A DNA stretch of 62,886 nucleotides, filler included, from Platydemus manokwari (lineage: Eukaryota): assembly GCA_037951405.1 (NCBI GenBank). It is 6 parts of 6 records of this genome, joined end to end, with 100 filler letters (N's around TTAATTAATTAA, not from the genome) between each part and the next. Parts side by side here need not be neighbours in the genome. Positions count along the whole stretch, not along the records: positions 53,743 to 62,886 come from JBBMOY011292984.1; 5 more parts are not named here. One strand, written 5' to 3'. Position 1 is the first letter of the stretch; every line of letters begins with the position of its first letter. Below the pieces are notes generated by a model. That model was not told the origin of the DNA. It was given only the letters and a program-made list of their open reading frames with translations, and ran no database searches. The position numbers and the translations under genes are program-made. Positions 53,643-62,886 of the stretch are shown one piece after another.

Positions 53643-53742
53643 NNNNNNNNNNNNNNNNNNNNNNNNNNNNNNNNNNNNNNNNNNNNTTAATTAATTAANN
53701 NNNNNNNNNNNNNNNNNNNNNNNNNNNNNNNNNNNNNNNNNN
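53643..53742. other. Artificial contig linker
   Basis: 44 N + TTAATTAATTAA + 44 N. Confidence 0.97.
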
Positions 53743-56700
53743 AGTAGTTTTTAAAAAATTTTGATTTAAAGTTCAATATATAAAAATCGGACATTTCATA
53801 TGGGACAACCTAATATATGATTATTTGAGTTTTTAAATTTTCATAATTATAAATTGAGTTAGTTAATTACAGACATGTTTAATAATATCATTGCCTAATT
53901 TTATAAAATAATTGTAAAATAAAAAATTCAAAATGTTTTTAAAGAACATAATAGAATAAACTATATAGAATTTTGCAATACACTCGACACATTTAAAATT
54001 TCATTTTAGAGCCCTTTTTCAATTTTATATCAATTGAAATAATAACTTAAAATAATATTAAAATCGTCATTAAAATTATTATTAAACACCATTTCTAATC
54101 TTTCACATTTTAAAGATATTTACTAATGTGTTTCAAATTTATTCAAGATAAGCTTTTGAACACATTTTTAATCAGAATTTCAAAAAACCTTTCTTTTAAA
54201 CGCTCAAAAACGTTCTCCATTCTAAATAAGAATCTTCTTCGATTTTTATTAATCTATTGCACCCATTAGCCATTAATATTTCATTAAAGATTCTACCCTT
54301 TTGGAATATTAACTGTATTCGTCCTTTTCTTTAAGAAATTGACTAAAAATTAGTTATCAGTCTCTAATCTACTTATTAAATATAGATCTTTTTCACTTGA
54401 TTAAAGTTAACTGTAGCATACAGAATGTTCGATTTGACTCAGTAAAGTTTTGCGTAGTTTTGCTTTTATTAGATAAGTTTGAACTTTACTAATAAAATTC
54501 TCTAGAATGACAACCAGTTTGTTCTATTTAATTACTAAACAGCGAAAACATTGCGGATATCAATGAATTTGTGAAATATAAATCCCAATGACACTAAAAG
54601 GAATTAAATAAAATATATACTTCTCATGAATGTATGGTAAAACGAATTATAATTAAATTATCCTGAGAGATTAATGGAAAAATTATAAGTTTATTCTTTT
54701 TTGTTGATAATGATAGGCTATTTATATTGGTTTCTTTTTGTTTGTTAACACAAGTAATCTCATCTTTGTAAAGATCGAATAGAAGAAAAGCTACTTTTGT
54801 TAATGAATTTGAATGTTTATTTTCTGGCTTAATTTTGTTATCGATTAAATCACTTTTGAGAAATCTCTTGTGGTGTCTTTCTAATTTAATATGGAATCTA
54901 AGCTCATAAAGCCATTTATTTCATAAAATTTCAGTTTTGTGTTTGAAGTTTTTTAACATTGAATCATTTTATAATCTTTATAATTTTAAAGGAACTTTAC
55001 TAAATAATCAATGACATCTATTAACTTATCGTTCTTGCAATACTAAAATGTCTGATTCTTAGGCAACATAAAATTATAAAGAGACCGTCAAGGAAAAAAT
55101 TCTTCAAAAGAAATATAACCAACCTCTACAAACCAAATGATGAACTAGATTTTGAAAAAGATAGGCTGGAGAGTGTGTGGAACACAATTTCATTATTCAT
55201 GACTTGATGCAGAAATATCGTGACCGATATAATTTGTCGATGTATGTGAGATTCCTAAAAATTTTTTCTATTATTCGCCTAGAAATAATAAATATCTTCG
55301 AAATCATAAGGATGGAGAAAGAATCTATCAAAAACATTTGTTATAAATGAGACACAATAGTAATCAATAATTTAATTAATAATTTGGGAACCAAGACCAT
55401 CCATATCAATACAGGAGTCGGATAATTTACCCACTTTCTAAGATATTATTATATAACATTATCAAGCCAATGTTATGTAAATTTGATACATTTTGAACAA
55501 GAAGCTTTCCTAACCGATTGCTACCTTATGGCTTTAATCGCTACGGAACTCAAGCCTTGTTAGAATAAATCACAAATTATGCCAATATAATTCAATCCGA
55601 CAAAAGGCGGATAACTGTAATGAGGAGCTCTGATGAGATGCGAATTACTGAAAATCCCTGAGAATCAATCAATCATCATAACTTAATTCTAGAGGAGGTT
55701 ATCGCATCAGAAATTCATGACAATGAAGATTAATACAATTTTCCAAACTTAAAGGCATGGATTACTTTATCAATTTATCTCATTGACATCAAATAGTCAT
55801 TAAATAATATTAAGAACTTGAAATTTTTAAACTCATAAAACATTTTTCATTGTTTAAACTTCAAGAAAGAAATTAGTCTCATATTACACTCTTGATCAAT
55901 ATTCCTTGCAAATATCGTAATTGAATCCTTGTAAGTTCAGTGATCAATAATGGTAATCTAAATACACTAAACAAATAAAATAAAGATAATGCCTGAAGAA
56001 TTTCGATCCAATCAGAGAATGATTACTGAAATCGAAAGAACCAAGTGATTCAAAATAAAAGAAAGCTCCGATACTACTGGACAATCTCAATCAATGAAAT
56101 TTCCCCAATATATATATATAGTCGACAAAGAAGAAATATCAAAATAGAAGTTCAAAAGAAAAGAAAAGAGAAGGAGTAAAACATATGTAATGCGGTCCTT
56201 GAAATAAAAATGTATATTTATGAATGTGAAACAATTTGTTCCAAATACACAGCTTTGATCAATTTGTTGTAAAATCGTCAATAACAGAAGATCATACATC
56301 ATTAATTTTATTATATAAATGTTGTAGCTAGACATTTCATATCAGACATCACTGGTTCTAGAGACCTTCGGTAATTTTTATAAGGACGAAATTAATGGGG
56401 AAAAGTAATTTGAACTTATCCAAACTTAATTTTGTTAAAAATAGGGCTGAAAGCTAAATATTTTTAATTGTGAAATTTGGATGTTTACAGCTTACAAGTA
56501 ATAAATTTTGAATTGATAGTTTCTGCATTGCGATTACAGAAGAATATTTTTAAAGAGGATGGGTTCAAATCCAGATCAACTTCCCAGTTTATGAAATACT
56601 CTGGAGATTCAATGAGAATTTCGGATAAATGATGCGATTTCAATTCTCGAATTACTTTTTCAGAAAATTTTTTGAGTTTTTGTCACTTTTGTCACTAATA

Positions 56701-56865
56701 TTTTCATTTTGATAATATATAATTTTATCAGGTGATCTGAACAGTTTATTTGGTAAACGATGATAACGAATCCAATTTATTTTGTATGTCACAAAAATTG
56801 ATTGGGTAATTTAGTTTTCTGAAATTACATGATAATTTTATCCAAATTTCAGCATTTATCAAACA

Positions 56866-57948
56866 ATGAAAAATCTGGTTGAATTGAGAACTAATTATGC
56901 ATTTATCGATACACCTTACGATTTGATTTATGCTTGTAATAATATGAATTCATCTAGTATCTACTTCTACATGGAATTCACTCTATGCATTATGAGTCGT
57001 GTTTTAGGTGTGATATCAGCTTACATTTTTCCTTTTGTTGGATGTTTTGGATTGATAAATCATTCAATAATTATTTACATTTTCATGATAAAATATAAAA
57101 AGAAAACTCGTCAAACTATATTTCTAACGTTCTTGGCTATTGCAAATTTTTTGTTCCTTTTTCATTATGGTTGGTTGTGGATATTTCCAGCAAAAGGGTT
57201 ACCTTATGCCAGTGAAGGAAAAATTTATTTTTTCATAATTAACGCAGGCGATAGATTATGTTCAGTATTTAGAGGTTTAGATACAATATTTTTTTCATTT
57301 ATTTATTACATATTTTTGTTGATGAGTTTAGATCGAACAATATCCATTTATTGGCCTTTACAAATGTTAAAATTTAGATATAAATCTGCAATATATAGTT
57401 CACTTTGTTTGCTGGTTTTGTGTGTTGGTTTTAGTTTTGTACATAACAGTTTTATGGTATCAAGAAAAATAGATACAAAGATATTTTGTTCTTCAACTGT
57501 ACATCACGATCAAAAAACTGTGGACTTTGTTAAAATTTGGCGATTGCTATTTTTAAAATCTGGAATCATTGTAATGACATTGATTTTGATTTTTAATTTT
57601 TGTCTGATTTGGAAAATATTTAAACATCGCATACAAGCAAAGAAATCAATTGGAATCACCTCGAAGTCGTTACAGAAAGATCTCAAATCAACCATAATTA
57701 TTTTAATATCAACAGTCTTGATGTTAATTGGAAGTGTACCAGAAATGTGTATCGCCCTATGTGTTATCTGTTTAGAAAATAATTTCTCTAATCAAAACTC
57801 TTTAGAAGTAAAACTTCGAATCCTTTACAATTCAGCAGATATTTCAGTCCATGTCATTTTTTTAATGGAATCTATGAATATTTTGATTTATTACTTTAAG
57901 ATGAAAAGTTTCGAAAATGAATTTAAGGGACTATTTTTTAGAAAATGA
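56866..57948 (+). CDS. Intronless orphan rhodopsin-like (class A) GPCR
   Basis: Seven hydrophobic segments; TM1 G..N, TM2 FLAIAN, Cys at the top of TM3 (DRLC) and in ECL2 (IFC), MSLDRTISIYWP (DRY variant), TM6 Pro, TM7 MNILIY followed by a helix-8 Phe. Confidence 0.9.
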   Translation: MKNLVELRTNYAFIDTPYDLIYACNNMNSSSIYFYMEFTLCIMSRVLGVISAYIFPFVGCFGLINHSIIIYIFMIKYKKKTRQTIFLTFLAIANFLFLFHYGWLWIFPAKGLPYASEGKIYFFIINAGDRLCSVFRGLDTIFFSFIYYIFLLMSLDRTISIYWPLQMLKFRYKSAIYSSLCLLVLCVGFSFVHNSFMVSRKIDTKIFCSSTVHHDQKTVDFVKIWRLLFLKSGIIVMTLILIFNFCLIWKIFKHRIQAKKSIGITSKSLQKDLKSTIIILISTVLMLIGSVPEMCIALCVICLENNFSNQNSLEVKLRILYNSADISVHVIFLMESMNILIYYFKMKSFENEFKGLFFRK

Positions 57949-58949
57949 ATTAGTGTTTGATCATCAATTAGTAAAGTATTCTGATTTCTAATAATGACAT
58001 TATTATGTAGACACGGGTTATTCATATCATTAATACATTTATATTCAGAATTACTGGTATTATTTTTATATTTAGAAAATTTTCGACATGAAGTTGAAAG
58101 TATTTTTCATTAAATTAATAATTTATTAATAATCATGTTTTAATATTAAAAATTAATATTTTTTAGATGAAAATAGTTATATTAATTATATTATAACATT
58201 AAATTTGTTTAACATTGTTATGTAATCCAAAATATTATTAAGGACAAGTTGTAGTCAATAAAATCAAATAATATTGATAATATAATGATGAATAATTAAA
58301 ACTCCAGTTGCCAACAATTCAGTCGATGGTTTCTGACAAAATGCTATCGCTGTTAATTTTTTCGTAAGTTTTTGAATTTAATTTGGTGATTTGTGTTAAA
58401 ATTTGTTATGAATTTGTAATGAACCATTTTGATGACTATCAATCTAATTTTGATTTATTCGATCATTTTACTCATGATTCTAAAAATTTAAAATATTTCT
58501 ATAAAAATACTTCTATATAAAAATATATAAGTATTTCATTAAATTTCAAATATCTGTTGATAGTGCTATTGGCATATGTATTCTATGTTATATTCAAGCA
58601 TACGATCGTCCTTTTTTATAAGTTTTGTTTATATTTATCTCTACTTTATTTCTTTTGTTTTACTTTTAATCATTATTGTTGCTATTCTGAATTGAACTGT
58701 TAATTTGATTTGTAAATCCGTCAAACTGTGTGAATATTTATCACAAATATTTCTTGAGAGTATATATACTTTTTCACGATTAAAACTGTTTCTGAAATTT
58801 TACACGCAGACTACTAAGATCATTGAACCAGATCTGAAATTGTGGTGTTATTGGATTCTTTCTTAAATTTGCATTTTGATTGGTTCTTAGTGTTATTCTT
58901 TTAATATGTAAGTAATAATTGAAATGACAATAATAATATTTTGCCAATA

Positions 58950-59350
58950 ATATAGTATTAGTGATGCATCATACTTTCTCGTGTTTGTTCCTTGCATGAG
59001 ATCGGTATGTAATTATACACGTATTCAATAAGCCATCATTTTGCTCTTAGAACTACTATATTGTATCAAAACTATATTGTATCTGAAAATATCACGATTA
59101 ACGCTTCTGTCAAAGCTTTGTTGATTTCTTGGAATTATTTGTGTCACTTGTTTCGTTCTAGTCTGGATTTTCTTCATTTTTTTTACATAACTCTTCTAAC
59201 GCAATAATAGGAATCTTCTATAATAGTTACGAATTCTTACTAATATTAATAGATTTTTTAAAACTTTTCGATTGCTCAATTTTATATGGGTCTATTTTGA
59301 TAGTTTTTTCAGTGATCATGTGTCTAAGAAACTTGATTTCTTTACTAATG
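58950..59350 (-). mobile_element. Gypsy-type reverse transcriptase remnant
   Basis: EIKFLRHMITEKTIKIDP (59340-59287) resembles the RT motif V.FLGH.IS..GI..DP. Confidence 0.55.
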
Positions 59351-60599
59351 TCGTAGTTTTTTGTTTTTATCCGTTATCCATTTTTCCTATTCTCTGTATT
59401 ACCTTTTTAGTTTTTGTAGTGATATTCCACTATTTATAAAAATATTAGTATGTCGTCTAAATAAATCACTGCACTTTTGTCTAACATACCTTCTAGTAGT
59501 TTCTTCTAAATTTACTGGTTGTTTCTGCATTTTGGGTTTTTCTAAGTTTATTATCAGTAACTTAGCCTCACATTATCCTGATCAAGATCATTATTATCGC
59601 CTGATGTATTGCTCCTATTCACTATTATGAGGTCAGAGCTTTGAGGTTTTGATACTATATGTAGCTATGGTTCTCTGGTCCATGGTTTCCTTGTGTAATA
59701 TTTGAGTTTTTGGTATTAATCTTATTTTAATACTTTCCCCACTGTTACTAATTGTTCCGGCACCTTTAACTTGTTGCATATCACTATAAATCTTTCTTAA
59801 CTGAGATGTCCGTCTCTATCATAGTTCAATTCAAGAATACTTTAATTAACACTCGTTCAATTAAAGCTAAAATTTATGCGGCTACTTTTAATGATCCATT
59901 TTGTCTGATTTCGTGAGAACTCTTAGATATTTGTAAATCAATGCACTCTCGATTTCAACAGATCGTTTGGTAGCTGGTGCCTAGATTCAAACAATGTGAA
60001 TTTACCTTTTAACCTGAGAGGTGGATTATATTGTTAAATTTTTTTAATAAAATTAGTATTTTATAATTAGTTCAATCTGGATGGAATCAATTTAAGACTT
60101 TTGTGATTCTGAAAGTAAATATAAATGATTCAGAATAAATTTTTAAATGGTAGCCGATATATAGCTGGAAAAATTTCATGCCGTTCTAGTTGATTTTTAC
60201 TGCATTAGTAAAAACACTGTAAAATATTAATTCCTTAAGACAGGGCATAACATATTTTGTATTTAACACAAATAAATCTTGAATGCTGCATTTAAGCATC
60301 ATAAAAGTATCAATAAATGAGTCGAGATTGAGTTACTCGATAAAGCGTTAGTGCGCCTTCTACGCGCTCTTATTTTTTCTAATCATAAGTCAAGTTTTCA
60401 AAACATGGGTCATTTTGTAATGGCTTTCATGTCGATCCTCAATTTCTTTTGAATTTTTATCGGTACACTTTGACTCACCTTGTATTTTCTTTCCGTCTGT
60501 TCTTCCTCGTTTCTCTTATAATATCTAGTCTCCAATCTTTTTTCAATATTTCTTAGTTTCTGTATTCCCTGAATTTCTATTCGATGTACAAGTTTTCTT

Positions 60600-61480
60600 C
60601 AATCCTTTTGTTTTTATTCCCATTCTTTGCAAATTTGTCTACCAAAAACTATATCTACTGGTGAAAATGTTGTAATGCGTTGGATTGTATTGTTTAAAAA
60701 CATCTCAATATATGGTCAACCCAATTTTGTGTTTCTTATCTTAAACACTAATCGATATTATTCAAACTTGACGTTCGACTAGACTATTTATGTTATGATT
60801 GGTTGGTTGGACACAATTTTAACGTGTTTGTTTTACTGGAATTCCACTACTGTTTTTTTTCAGCCTGATATATTGCTGTTTTCAATGAAATATTATATAA
60901 TAAACAAAACAAATTATGGCTCTCAAAAATCTACATAAACATTTTTAAATGTTCCTTTGAAATTTTAGCTAAGTTCCACTTTTTTCTTTTTTCTCGTCTT
61001 TGTTTTTACTTTGATATCTCTAGCATTTTCAATTGATTTCCAAATTTATTTCTATTACTGGATAGTCAATATTCTTCTCCCTATTTGTTTGTCTTTGTGA
61101 CCTTATGTATTGTCTGGCATTGATTACACACACTACAATTCTTGTGAGACGTTGCTTCAGTGTTGGTATGAAGTTCACTCTTTATATATTTTATCTTCAT
61201 ATTAAGCCTACTTGAAAAAGTCTATCCAATTGTTAAATAGATTTGTTTGACAATAACGTAAACGTTGTGGCCTTGTGATCAGTTATCAAATTCAATCTCA
61301 ATATTTAAGAATAAAGTTTGAAGTTTTGGTCACAGTTCTTTATGTAAAATTGAAGTACTTAACTTAATGCTTATTCATCGATTCGAATCTAAATGATATC
61401 ATTATTTTGTTGTCTTTTACCCAGAAAAGTAGTGCTTTAATTGTTTCAAAACCAGCATCAGTGTCTAAAATGGAATCTTT
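60600..61480 (-). mobile_element. Gypsy-type LTR retrotransposon pol remnant (RNase H then integrase)
   Basis: Collinear motifs ILDTDAG (about 61460), LITDHKA (61289-61269), CSVCNQCQ (61137-61114), NSLVERQ (about 60780), LNNTIQRITTFSP (60697-60659). Confidence 0.78.
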
Positions 61481-62194
61481 GTATTAAATAATGTTGGTTG
61501 TTTTATTTTGTTTTGTGTTGAGTTATTGATTCAATTTATTTCTCTTTCCGTTGTCAATTATCACCGATACTAAGAGATTTCAATAACGGGTATGAAGACC
61601 ACGCTATTGGTGAAATATTTATGACCTAATTAATCTAAAGGTTACTAAAGCTGAGTTATTGATTTTAGATTTTAATTTAATGTTTTAAATTATTAATGAA
61701 AAAACTCAGTACAAACTTCCTAAATTACATATATGTATATATCGGTACATTTCCGGGCTACAGCAGATACTAAGGGTCGAAATAATGATATTGTTATTCA
61801 AATTTGTGGTTCAAAATTTTAATTTAAACTCATACAATAATATTCCAAAATGGCTTCAAAATTGTTTGTTAAAACGGTTTGTTTTGCTATTTTAACGGTC
61901 ATATGACAATGTCATGTATTTTCTTGAATAATTGAATTTTTTTATGCTTATTCATGTTTTTTTTCAAAATATTGATGTATTTTCTAAATATTCTTTGTTT
62001 TTTCCACGTATTTTCTAAATATGGTTTATCTTCCTTACAACTTTTACTTTAATTTCAATTAATAATTATATTAAATTATTAATCAATATTTCATATTATA
62101 TCATAGTTCTTACAATTATTCATAAAAATAACAACAATATTCGAGCAATATTGACAACAATTGATATTGTGATAATAAATAATGCCTTGGTGTT

Positions 62195-62598
62195 TTGATT
62201 AATAAACAATATTTGAATTTTAGGAATAAAATAGTTAGTAAGTCTAAATCTTATTTACAACAAAATGAGGTTGATTATGATAAAATATTAGTAGGACAAC
62301 CTACAGGAAAAATATTAGAAGATTTTAAGAACAAAATGAAGGGATGTAAAAACTATAATAAAAAACAATTAAAAATATTAATAGATGATTATAAAAAACA
62401 TTAAATCCAGAAATAAAAAATAATATAAAAACCCTATTTAATGAAATAATAGTTAAATATAATAGGGAGTTAACTGAGAAAATAACAAGAGTTAACCATG
62501 GCTTAAGGTCTAATCTTCATAAAATTAAAGTTTATGACCAGGAAAAAATAGGACTATCGCCATTTAACGATAAGAGACTTGGTCATCAAATAAAATGA
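62195..62598 (+). mobile_element. Polinton/Maverick-like protein-primed family B DNA polymerase C-terminal remnant
   Basis: SKSY...KMKGCKNYNKKQLKILIDDYKK, then after a frameshift RVNHGLRSNLHKIKVYDQEKIGLSPFNDKR. This fits the KxY, KxKG and RS..H.I.....K..LS..DDKR C-terminal pattern of Polinton pPolB. Confidence 0.75.
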
Positions 62599-62886
62599 GA
62601 TGAATGTGGTGAATGGGATCTAAAGAAATAAAAAGAACCCATAATTGTTAATTATATTGTTAAGAAAGTTCGTTATTTAGATATTTATTTATTTAGATAT
62701 TTTTTTTAGATTGAAGATGGTGGGATAAAAATTAAACCTTGGTCTAACCACTGTAAATAATTATTTACAATCTCTGTCTCTTTAACATATTCATTTTCGA
62801 AATTTTTCTCTTTTAATATTTGATTATTTATCATATTTAAAATAATTTTATTACTTTTTCTTATGTTTTCTCTAGCTTCTAACGGT

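Noticed and set aside
14175-57948. Immune or neural gene cluster (lectins, MIF, iGluR, syntrophin, GPCR)
   Set aside because: Nearly all of these genes lie on different linker-joined contigs.

Overview
AT-rich eukaryotic (animal) genomic DNA with many very short (42-56 nt) spliceosomal introns. The AT richness, intron sizes and an intronless orphan rhodopsin-type GPCR are consistent with a flatworm such as a triclad planarian, but this is inference only. The window is not one continuous locus: five artificial 100-nt linkers (44 N + TTAATTAATTAA + 44 N) join six pieces, the four complete internal ones about 9-11 kb each, so adjacency across linkers means nothing. Supported genes are: an intronless SLC16/MCT transporter; an intronless protein with two atypical RING fingers that looks like an internal tandem duplication; a 13-exon CLPB/Skd3 (ankyrin + AAA+) with a tRNA-Lys(TTT) pseudogene in its last intron; the N-terminal (ATD) exons of an ionotropic glutamate receptor, carrying a full-length but dead pogo/Tigger transposon in an intron; MIF; two central exons of a syntrophin joined by an apparent GC-AG intron; the 3' part of a multi-domain C-type lectin gene that the ORF track misses; a frameshifted C-type lectin pseudogene; and an orphan GPCR. 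Mobile-element debris includes two Polinton/Maverick-like fragments (penton and protein-primed PolB), a hAT end and Gypsy-type pol remnants. I found no convincing new multi-gene system. The best novelty candidate is the duplicated RING protein.
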